From: a virus
Reading direction: 5' to 3' (one strand)
DNA: 64,000 bases
IMG/VR virus record: IMGVR_UViG_3300025598_000023
Span: 47,325-111,324 of that record
The translations under genes and the position numbers were made by a program. This document shows positions 38,972 through 46,183 of the stretch, one piece after another. The first letter of the stretch is position 1; each line of letters opens with the position of its first letter. The notes below the pieces were generated by a model. It did no database searches, was not told where the DNA came from, and worked only from the letters and a program-made list of their open reading frames with translations.

Positions 38972-39084
38972 TTTGCACCTTTATGCTTGTTTTTACGGCT
39001 ATAGCTACCCTTGCCCTTACGGGGGGTGACAATTTTTTGACGATATTTGGGGTCCGCAAGTGACTTTGCAATAAGGCTACGCAT
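38968..39084 (-). CDS. arfA: ArfA-like alternative ribosome rescue factor (38 aa, not in ORF track)
   Basis: MRSLIAKSLADPKYRQKIVTPRKGKGSYSRKNKHKGAK; KGKGSY core; SD GGAGA; own promoter; ATGA overlap with the downstream gene. Confidence 0.7.
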   Translation of the reverse strand: MRSLIAKSLADPKYRQKIVTPRKGKGSYSRKNKHKGAK

Positions 39085-39108
39085 CGCTAGTTCTCCATCT
39101 ATAATGCT

Positions 39109-39136
39109 AATTTAGCATATTTTTGGGATTTGTCAA
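39109..39136 (-). promoter_or_regulatory. sigma70-type early promoter
   Basis: TTGACA-N16-TAAATT with TG extension. Confidence 0.6.
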
Positions 39137-39513
39137 CCTAAAATTTCAATAGCTTGGCGTAAATTTCCATCGCACATAGCCAAAATTGTGGATAATTCTG
39201 TATCCATTAGGAATAATTCCCCACTGCTCATTTTCAAAAACCACGGGAATTTATGATATCGATCCATTAATACTAGTTCTTTACCATTTATTTGATACTT
39301 TTTCTTATCAATAAAGTGCTTATGAAAAGTATAACCAGCATTTGTTAATAGTTCAAATGAAGTATTGTTTAGCCTAAACCCAAAGTTTTTATTATTATGA
39401 TACCAATATAGAACATAGATGTTTTTTAAATTAGGATTTGGTATAGGCGCGTCTGCACCGTGAGCAAAGTGGTATAATTCGTGTGTCCAATCAGTTTTTG
39501 ATTTATCTATCAT
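39133..39513 (-). CDS. Hypothetical protein
   Basis: 126 aa, ATGA-coupled. Confidence 0.6.
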   Translation of the reverse strand: MIDKSKTDWTHELYHFAHGADAPIPNPNLKNIYVLYWYHNNKNFGFRLNNTSFELLTNAGYTFHKHFIDKKKYQINGKELVLMDRYHKFPWFLKMSSGELFLMDTELSTILAMCDGNLRQAIEILG

Positions 39514-39803
39514 TTTGTGGGATAAACAGCAGCACCACTGTTCAATAGCACAACACTAAAACGGTTTGTCTTGAATTGTGCATTTAACTTTTTACATAAA
39601 TTGATTGCATGACCAGGATTTGAAAAACTAGACTTCTTATACTTTGGTCCGCTATATTGTGCTAACATACTGGTAGTTTTAAGATTTACTGGTTTATTAT
39701 CCAAGAAAATTGCCCAAATGCCTTCACTAGCCAGAACTTGCTCTGACTTATATGTTTGCTTATTTGTAATTTCAAGCAGTACTTGAGGCTTCGGTCTTGA
39801 CAT
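39510..39803 (-). CDS. Conserved basic phage protein
   Basis: MSRPKPQVLLE...PKYKKSSFSNPGHAINL; TAAATA at 39823-39828. Confidence 0.7.
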   Translation of the reverse strand: MSRPKPQVLLEITNKQTYKSEQVLASEGIWAIFLDNKPVNLKTTSMLAQYSGPKYKKSSFSNPGHAINLCKKLNAQFKTNRFSVVLLNSGAAVYPTK

Positions 39804-39844
39804 AGTTGATAATCTTACAGTATATTTATCGGTTCGAATCGATC

Positions 39845-40066
39845 TTAAAAATCTTTCCCTACCATTTCTACTTGAATAACATTACTGTTTAATAGATTTT
39901 CTTCTAATTCAGCAACTTTACTTTCAAGTTGCAAAACATAACCGAGCAAATCTACGAGTTCACTTTGCACTTTTCGCAATTCATCATTATCAATAACTTG
40001 TTTACCAACAGCCATAGTAACACGATTATTAAATTCACGAATATAATGGGTATTAGGCGGTCTCAC
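39845..40066 (-). CDS. Small coiled-coil hypothetical protein
   Basis: 73 aa in operon. Confidence 0.55.
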   Translation of the reverse strand: MRPPNTHYIREFNNRVTMAVGKQVIDNDELRKVQSELVDLLGYVLQLESKVAELEENLLNSNVIQVEMVGKDF

Positions 40067-40529
40067 TATTGCAAATCCTTAAACGTTCTTGTTGTTCGAG
40101 TTTAGTCTTGAATGGACCCTCATACTCATATCGTTGTAATGTAATAAGTTTTGGTGTAAATTCTGGGACATACACTTTGTTATATTTTATGATATAATAT
40201 CCAGCACAAAAGTATGAACTACTTTTGCTGTTTTTAGTATAGATAGGAAGTTTAAGTTTTACATTCCATAAGATATTGTGTGGCGTATGGTTTGTGGGAA
40301 AGTCATAAACCATGTTTTCTACAGTAGTTTTTGCTTCACGACTACGACGAACAAACGTAATTCCCTTTTCAGCAATCATTTGTTGCATGTCTGGAAAAAT
40401 TTCTACACTATCTTCCATAGTGCAGCGAACACCACTTGTTGTTTGCGCAATGTTTCCAATGCGCTCGCCACGATCATTTTCAATAATCCAAAAACGATTT
40501 TCTACGATGTTTTTAGCTTTGAGACTCAT
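40053..40529 (-). CDS. Hypothetical protein
   Basis: 158 aa; KSSSYFCAGYY...YEGPFKT. Confidence 0.65.
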   Translation of the reverse strand: MSLKAKNIVENRFWIIENDRGERIGNIAQTTSGVRCTMEDSVEIFPDMQQMIAEKGITFVRRSREAKTTVENMVYDFPTNHTPHNILWNVKLKLPIYTKNSKSSSYFCAGYYIIKYNKVYVPEFTPKLITLQRYEYEGPFKTKLEQQERLRICNSETA

Positions 40530-40731
40530 TTTCTGTAATCCTTATGACAGTATTCGAAAGTTTATCATATTTGCTACGCATTTCCAAATATGAAATCCAT
40601 CCAAGCGTAGCAGCAATATAAATTCCAGTTTCTTTGTAATCAGTAAAAAATGAATTTACAGTTAAAATTCCAAAAGCTACAAGCATCATCCAAGGTATAA
40701 CAACATCAAAAATTTTTAAAAATTTATCCAT
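40513..40731 (-). CDS. Small two-TM membrane protein
   Basis: Two hydrophobic stretches; ATG at 40731 with GGAG SD. Confidence 0.5.
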   Translation of the reverse strand: MDKFLKIFDVVIPWMMLVAFGILTVNSFFTDYKETGIYIAATLGWISYLEMRSKYDKLSNTVIRITENESQS

Positions 40732-41722
40732 AAGAAGTCTCCATAAGAGGTTTAGCCAAAATATCGGCAATGGGTTGAACATTTTCAGAAAGTTTTACAA
40801 GTTCCCATTTACTGCAGAACTTGATTAGTTGACTGCCAATTTGACGATTGCTCTTGGGCTGAACTTGTAACAGTGCAGCATCAATAGCATCACGTATTTC
40901 TTGTGGTTGTGCAGTCAAATCTACAAGGATACGGTTTTCTTCATACCGATCAAGCACACGGTGTTCTACGCCTTCATGATCTACCCAACGCTGTAGCATC
41001 ATGTTATTCCATGCCCAACCACGTTTTTCACGGTCGGCAAAGGCTTCTACAAGACCAACTTTTTTGGTGCTGCCTTTAGTGCGAACACCAGGATAAGCAG
41101 TCATAATATTATCAGTTGGATCACCACGCATGCATTTTTCAAATAGTACAAACTTAGGGTCACCAACTGTTTTGGGTGCTTTAGTTTTACTATCAACAAC
41201 TACTTTCCCGTTATCGTCAAAATAACCTTGCAAAGTAATATGTTGATTTGTCAACCCATTGTAAATGCTGACATTTTCAGCAAGCAGTTGGTGGAAGTCA
41301 CTGTCATTGCTTAGTATAATATGTTCATCTTGTGGATGAAGTGCAATCCAACGAGCAATAATATCATCGGCTTCTGCACGTGCAACCTTGATTACACTGC
41401 AATTTGTTTTGTCATTAACCCAATTAGTAAAGTCCTCATAGGCTTTCCAAAACTCTGCATCTTCTTCTGCTTCACGTGCAGTCATTTTACTTTTAATAAC
41501 CGCACGATTTGCTTTATAAGTGCCTTTGTGATCCTTGCGCCAACTACGGCTTTCAAGGGCAAAAATAACATGGTCAGGCTTATGCAACCGATTTACCTTT
41601 TGAATAACGTTAAAGGTAATATGCAGTGCAAGCCCAATTTTCTGCCAAGTATCCGTTCCACGATTTGTGGAGTGACGGGCACGTGAGAACAGATTAGCTG
41701 TATCAACGAGAAGATATTTCAT
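40724..41722 (-). CDS. rnh: 5'-3' exonuclease / T4 RNase H-like flap nuclease
   Basis: LLVD, WRK..YKANR, EADDII, SNDSDFHQL, GDPTDNI..PGV. Confidence 0.85.
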   Translation of the reverse strand: MKYLLVDTANLFSRARHSTNRGTDTWQKIGLALHITFNVIQKVNRLHKPDHVIFALESRSWRKDHKGTYKANRAVIKSKMTAREAEEDAEFWKAYEDFTNWVNDKTNCSVIKVARAEADDIIARWIALHPQDEHIILSNDSDFHQLLAENVSIYNGLTNQHITLQGYFDDNGKVVVDSKTKAPKTVGDPKFVLFEKCMRGDPTDNIMTAYPGVRTKGSTKKVGLVEAFADREKRGWAWNNMMLQRWVDHEGVEHRVLDRYEENRILVDLTAQPQEIRDAIDAALLQVQPKSNRQIGSQLIKFCSKWELVKLSENVQPIADILAKPLMETSYG

Positions 41723-41728
41723 AATACC

Positions 41729-41757
41729 AATATAATATCTGGAGTTTATTTTGTCAA
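41729..41757 (-). promoter_or_regulatory. sigma70-type promoter, probably leaderless
   Basis: TTGACA-N17-TATATT, then 6 nt to the ATG at 41722. Confidence 0.6.
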
Positions 41758-41760
41758 GGG

Positions 41761-42201
41761 TTATTTAAATTCACTTAAACCATTACCGATATCGGTTCTA
41801 GTGACATAACGGGTATTATCCAAATTAGGTGGATTTTGCTCATTGGTTCGTATGATATTACGTGCCACATCATTAAGCCATGCATCTACAAGGTCTTCGG
41901 GATTAACACCACGGTAGCCAGCAGAACGCAACATTTCAATAAATTCTGCGTTCCAATCTAACTCCATGCTACCCATGCTTGGATTTTGTGGATCAAAGTC
42001 AAATCCAAGCACAGTAACACGTGGTTCTACTTTTTTAGGTTCTTCTTTTTTAACTCGTGGATTGCGAGTTTTTTTAGGTTTTGGTTCACTGCTAGTTTTA
42101 GTAACGGCTGATGGTGCGCTTTCTGTAATTACAGAAGAGGCGTCAGCGGTTTTGTTAATTTCATTATTTGATTTACCAAATAGTTTGTCGAATATTCCCA
42201 T
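41761..42201 (-). CDS. Hypothetical protein
   Basis: 146 aa; ELDWNAEFIEMLRSAGY motif. Confidence 0.65.
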   Translation of the reverse strand: MGIFDKLFGKSNNEINKTADASSVITESAPSAVTKTSSEPKPKKTRNPRVKKEEPKKVEPRVTVLGFDFDPQNPSMGSMELDWNAEFIEMLRSAGYRGVNPEDLVDAWLNDVARNIIRTNEQNPPNLDNTRYVTRTDIGNGLSEFK

Positions 42202-42209
42202 GTTTCACC

Positions 42210-42521
42210 TTATTGGTTTGGCACACGATAACAGTGGCGTTCCACACCAAGAAAATTACCATAGCGGTCAAAAACTTGCTCACGGCGACACTCTGTGTGA
42301 TAATAATTTTCATCATCATAACGAGGCTGATTTGCAATAGCACCGCCAACAATTCCACCGATAATAAGACCACCAATAAGTGGTGCAACCCAATTACCAC
42401 CACCGCCACTATGATAGCCAGGACGTGGACCTTCATAACGACGATCACGCCATTGTGCATTTGCTGACGTTGCAGAAATTAATGTAGTAGCTGCGAGTAG
42501 GATAGCTAATGTCTTACGCAT
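42210..42521 (-). CDS. Secreted glycine-zipper protein (Rhizobiales BA14K-like architecture)
   Basis: Signal peptide (..SANA|Q), G/H/R-rich linker, GGLIIGGIVGGAIA zipper, terminal Cys pair. ATG at 42521 with GGAGA. Confidence 0.6.
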   Translation of the reverse strand: MRKTLAILLAATTLISATSANAQWRDRRYEGPRPGYHSGGGGNWVAPLIGGLIIGGIVGGAIANQPRYDDENYYHTECRREQVFDRYGNFLGVERHCYRVPNQ

Positions 42522-42546
42522 TTGGGTTCTCCAATGAACTATAACC

Positions 42547-42574
42547 AATATAACATATTTATGGGGTTTGTCAA
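42547..42574 (-). promoter_or_regulatory. sigma70-type promoter with embedded TAAATA
   Basis: TTGACA-N16-TATATT; the spacer contains TAAATA (42556-42561). Confidence 0.65.
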
Positions 42575-42577
42575 GAG

Positions 42578-42811
42578 TTAATTTAAGTATGGACGGTATT
42601 TTGCTTCAAAATCTGCAATATAGCGTTTTGCACTGGATTTTAGGACAATTTTCTCATCTTCCATGCCTTCTGGCATTTCTGTTCCAAGATACTCATATAA
42701 TTCACGTGCTTCAACATAATTTTTACCATTTTGAGTTTCTTGTTGAATATATTTCAAGATCAAATATTCTATTTCTTCTTCTGTTAGATCAAATTCTTCT
42801 TGGCTATCCAT
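42578..42811 (-). CDS. Acidic hypothetical protein
   Basis: 77 aa, overlapping operon. Confidence 0.55.
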   Translation of the reverse strand: MDSQEEFDLTEEEIEYLILKYIQQETQNGKNYVEARELYEYLGTEMPEGMEDEKIVLKSSAKRYIADFEAKYRPYLN

Positions 42812-43064
42812 TTGCGACCTGCAATAATGTTATGTAAATTTTCCATGCTTCTTCAAGCGATGGGTGTTGTTTTTGAAGTGTTTTTTGTTTTGCATAAGGA
42901 ATGTTAAAAAATAAACTATCGTCACAATCTGGAAGTGCGTTGTCGACCCAAACTAACAAACCTTGTTTGCGAGCATTAGCAAAGTTTTGCCAACCTACAC
43001 TATCCCGTGGAATAGCCCGTCCTGTATCATACTCAAAATCATATTCGTATTGAGTGCTGCTCAC
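42804..43064 (-). CDS. Hypothetical protein
   Basis: 86 aa; HPSLEEAWKIY tail. Confidence 0.55.
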   Translation of the reverse strand: MSSTQYEYDFEYDTGRAIPRDSVGWQNFANARKQGLLVWVDNALPDCDDSLFFNIPYAKQKTLQKQHPSLEEAWKIYITLLQVANG

Positions 43065-43357
43065 CTATTACTTATCACATATAGAGTAATGATTTCACTT
43101 AATCGTTCACCGAAATTTTCACCCTCGTTGATAACATGCAGTTCATTCATATAACGATCTTTACGATCATCATATCGTTGAAACTCTAAAATATAACCAC
43201 CATTGGCAACATGCAATTTCATATTGATACCATTAGCATCAATTCTATCTGGATTGCGTAATTTATTACTTTCAACGGTCAGTATGTTACTTTCTTGGTT
43301 AGCTGTATCCCAAGCCTTTTTTGTTTGTTTAAGGAACCATCGATCAAACCATTTCAT
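43061..43357 (-). CDS. Hypothetical protein
   Basis: 98 aa; ANGGYILE motif. Confidence 0.6.
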   Translation of the reverse strand: MKWFDRWFLKQTKKAWDTANQESNILTVESNKLRNPDRIDANGINMKLHVANGGYILEFQRYDDRKDRYMNELHVINEGENFGERLSEIITLYVISNR

Positions 43358-43662
43358 ACTTCTAAACCATCCTTTGGAAAAAATTTTAACTTCATAGCAG
43401 CATAAGTTCCCGCTTCTTCATTTTTAAAAATTATTTGAACTTTGTCTAAACCACAAGTTGAAAAAAAGAAATCTTCGTTATATTTGTAACCCGCTTCACC
43501 TAACGCATTACTAATAATACAAGCAGCCTCTACATCACGATAATTTGCATTAAGCGCACCACCTTCTACATAATCACCTGGTCCAAATGAATAACTATTT
43601 GATACAGGTCGCTGTGTTAGTGATGAACTTGGAAAATCAAGTATTAAGGGTTTTTTTGACAT
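43354..43662 (-). CDS. Hypothetical protein
   Basis: 102 aa. Confidence 0.55.
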   Translation of the reverse strand: MSKKPLILDFPSSSLTQRPVSNSYSFGPGDYVEGGALNANYRDVEAACIISNALGEAGYKYNEDFFFSTCGLDKVQIIFKNEEAGTYAAMKLKFFPKDGLEV

Positions 43663-43928
43663 TGATATAATAACATAAAATAACTTGTATTTTCTTCATT
43701 TGTAAACAAAACACTTACATTCTGATTATCATAATATTGATCTGTCCAATAATAATCAACACCATGTTTTAACCCGTGTTCTTGAAATAATTCTTTTAGT
43801 AGATACATGGTTTGTGTTCGTTCGTTCCAAGTTTTAGATTTATATTTTTCATCTGTAGTTTTTATTGGAAACTTTGCTGTATTTTTATTTAAAGTTTCTT
43901 CATAACTATGGTATGTAGGCACTGGCAA
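43644..43928 (-). CDS. Hypothetical protein (likely paralogue of 43354..43662)
   Basis: 94 aa; similar C-terminal pattern. Confidence 0.5.
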   Translation of the reverse strand: MPVPTYHSYEETLNKNTAKFPIKTTDEKYKSKTWNERTQTMYLLKELFQEHGLKHGVDYYWTDQYYDNQNVSVLFTNEENTSYFMLLYQCQKNP

Positions 43929-43939
43929 AGTTCCACTAA

Positions 43940-44161
43940 TTAGTGAGCGTTTCCGATTTGTTTTTCGTCAAAGAGTCGTGCATCCACATCCCAATTGTTT
44001 GGGATTTTTTCACCACGCCGCACTCGTTCAAATTGCGAGTACGCGTGAGTGTTACGCTTATAAAGATCGGCTTCGTTAAAAACAAAGCCATATTCCACAC
44101 AAAAAGCCTTGAAATTATCAAGGTCGTTAAAAACACGATTTACATTCTGGTTCTTAATCAT
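43940..44161 (-). CDS. Small conserved phage protein
   Basis: VFNDLDNFKAFCVEYGFVFNEADLY; own promoter. Confidence 0.65.
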   Translation of the reverse strand: MIKNQNVNRVFNDLDNFKAFCVEYGFVFNEADLYKRNTHAYSQFERVRRGEKIPNNWDVDARLFDEKQIGNAH

Positions 44162-44218
44162 TTACATTTCCGTTGTATTAGAGTTACATGATATGGACTT
44201 GCCAGTGCCACAATTCCC

Positions 44219-44246
44219 AATATACAGCAAACTTATGGTTTGTCAA
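44219..44246 (-). promoter_or_regulatory. sigma70-type early promoter
   Basis: TTGACA-N16-TATATT. Confidence 0.65.
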
Positions 44247-44568
44247 CTACTTTTTTATCGTTATTTTCCAATAACTTATTAAAGTGATCGATTGCCGCTT
44301 GAAGTTTAGGAATATCTTCCCTAGCCACAAGCACATCATCCCAAACTAAATCTGCACCAAAAATATACTTTAGCGCAGCCCAAACTCGCTTGTAAAATGG
44401 ACGGTAATTTACAGCCTGAATATTAACAATAAAGTCTGGCGTATATGGCATTTCATTGCCCCAATCATACACTTGGACAACAATAGTATGTTCAGCACTA
44501 CTGCATTCACACGAAAGAAATACTTTTAGGTCGTCGTGCTTTACTGTAATATCTTCAATATTGCTCAT
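44233..44568 (-). CDS. Hypothetical protein
   Basis: CECSSAEH and FYKRVWAALKYIFG motifs; TAATG coupling. Confidence 0.6.
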   Translation of the reverse strand: MSNIEDITVKHDDLKVFLSCECSSAEHTIVVQVYDWGNEMPYTPDFIVNIQAVNYRPFYKRVWAALKYIFGADLVWDDVLVAREDIPKLQAAIDHFNKLLENNDKKVVDKP

Positions 44569-45296
44569 TATTTTGCCTTTGCTGGCAGTAGATACTCATA
44601 TGTAATTAAACCACTATTGACAACAACCTTGGCAACACCATCATCACTGAACTCAACAGTCTTGTCACCTTGCAGATTAAGAATGCTGATAAACAATCCA
44701 ACTGGCCAAGCCCAACCTTTTGTTAATGTTCCCGTAACATCACTTTGGAATACAAAATTACCAGCATGTGTAGAAACATCACCAAAGAAGAATTTTAAGT
44801 TGGTGCCTTCTGTTTTGGCAACAAACATCTTTTCTTCACTATTTGCCTGCGACTGGAACTTGAGGCGTTGAATGCTACCAACTGATGGTTCAAATGTAAT
44901 ACCAAAGTTTGCACCACGGAACTTAACAGTTTTCAACTTTTCATTAATAACTTCTGTAGTCATAAAACGATAGTCGTTCTTAAAATCACCACCAGCGTTT
45001 TCAAAGTGAATACCAACAGGAGTTTGTGCGCCATTGCGTTGTTCACGCTTAAGTTCAATTGTTGCGTCACTTGCATATTCTGGAATATTAAGCACAGTGT
45101 TTAACTTGCTCAAGTTTGGCATACCAAAAATACCAGCAAAATCTGGATTTACTTCATTAAATTTAGCATTAAGAATTACTGAACGGTCTTCGGTAACGCT
45201 TTCAATTTTAGTTTCATTGGCATCGCCAGTGACCTTAACTACATCAATTCCAGTAGGAAGTGTGTGTTGAACAATATCTGTGAGAAAGTCTTTCAT
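44568..45296 (-). CDS. DNA polymerase sliding clamp (gp45-like)
   Basis: 242 aa, FGMPNLSKL, clamp-like size, C-terminal YEYLLPA; near polB. Confidence 0.6.
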   Translation of the reverse strand: MKDFLTDIVQHTLPTGIDVVKVTGDANETKIESVTEDRSVILNAKFNEVNPDFAGIFGMPNLSKLNTVLNIPEYASDATIELKREQRNGAQTPVGIHFENAGGDFKNDYRFMTTEVINEKLKTVKFRGANFGITFEPSVGSIQRLKFQSQANSEEKMFVAKTEGTNLKFFFGDVSTHAGNFVFQSDVTGTLTKGWAWPVGLFISILNLQGDKTVEFSDDGVAKVVVNSGLITYEYLLPAKAK

Positions 45297-45316
45297 TGAT
45301 TTTTCCTTTGATTTTT

Positions 45317-45345
45317 AATATAACAAAATACGAGTTAGTTGTCAA
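45317..45345 (-). promoter_or_regulatory. sigma70-type early promoter
   Basis: TTGACA-N17-TATATT with TG extension; SD AAGGA. Confidence 0.7.
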
Positions 45346-46180
45346 TAATTTCTGCATACCCACCCTTAATTTTGTGTCGCAATTCCGTAGTGCCTGGTCT
45401 TTTTACTACAATATAACTACTTCTGGAAGGTTGGATTTTATAATTTTCAACTTGATACCCAAAATCTTCAAGATTTGCAATTAACTCTTTATAATCAATA
45501 GCACCAAAATTACAACCAAGATTGTATTCAATTGCCCAAAATTCATCGTGAGGTATAAAGTTAAAAACAAATCTGCCACCTTTATAGAGGTAATTAAAAA
45601 TTGAACGTGCCCAATTTAAAATATAGTTTTGGTCAGTATAATAAAACTCATTAAAACAATATATAAGACCAAAAGATTCTGTAGGTAATTCAGATAGATC
45701 AAAATCTTCTACTGTGTATTTTCTAAGTCTACGTGTTGCATAAAATTCATTATTAAGAGATTGCGCAGCAAAATCATTTATTTCTTTGTAACGGTCTACT
45801 ATATAAAGAGGTTCACTTGCAACTACATACGGTAAAAATTGTCCTGTGCCAGGAAATAGTTCCATAGTGGGAATATTATTTCCAACATAACCTACAATTA
45901 TTTTAGACAAATTTTCAACATCAATTTCATGCAGTGCATTTCTTTGCACAAAATCTAATCTTGTTTCAGGTGTTTTTTGAAGTAAATCATCAGTTAACAA
46001 TCTACTTTTTGCCAACATGCGAAGTTTGCTATAAAGTAGAGTATCATCTAATTCAAACAATAATTTGTCGAATGCACGAAGAGTGTTTTTGTAATTGGCA
46101 TGAGCAGTTGCATAACTCGCATAAAAATTACGATTTTTTACAATTTCTTCATACATTTTGTAAGATTGAAGGTCATCCAT
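45335..46180 (-). CDS. Class I SAM-dependent methyltransferase-like protein
   Basis: MELFPGTG motif I, LSELPTESFGLIYC, LYKGGRFVF. Confidence 0.6.
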   Translation of the reverse strand: MDDLQSYKMYEEIVKNRNFYASYATAHANYKNTLRAFDKLLFELDDTLLYSKLRMLAKSRLLTDDLLQKTPETRLDFVQRNALHEIDVENLSKIIVGYVGNNIPTMELFPGTGQFLPYVVASEPLYIVDRYKEINDFAAQSLNNEFYATRRLRKYTVEDFDLSELPTESFGLIYCFNEFYYTDQNYILNWARSIFNYLYKGGRFVFNFIPHDEFWAIEYNLGCNFGAIDYKELIANLEDFGYQVENYKIQPSRSSYIVVKRPGTTELRHKIKGGYAEIIDN

Positions 46181-46183
46181 ATC

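Noticed and set aside
39828-39843. GGTTCGAATC, resembling a tRNA T-loop
   Set aside because: It sits in a ~40-bp intergenic gap as a short palindrome, with no room or pairing for a cloverleaf. No tRNA was identified in the window.
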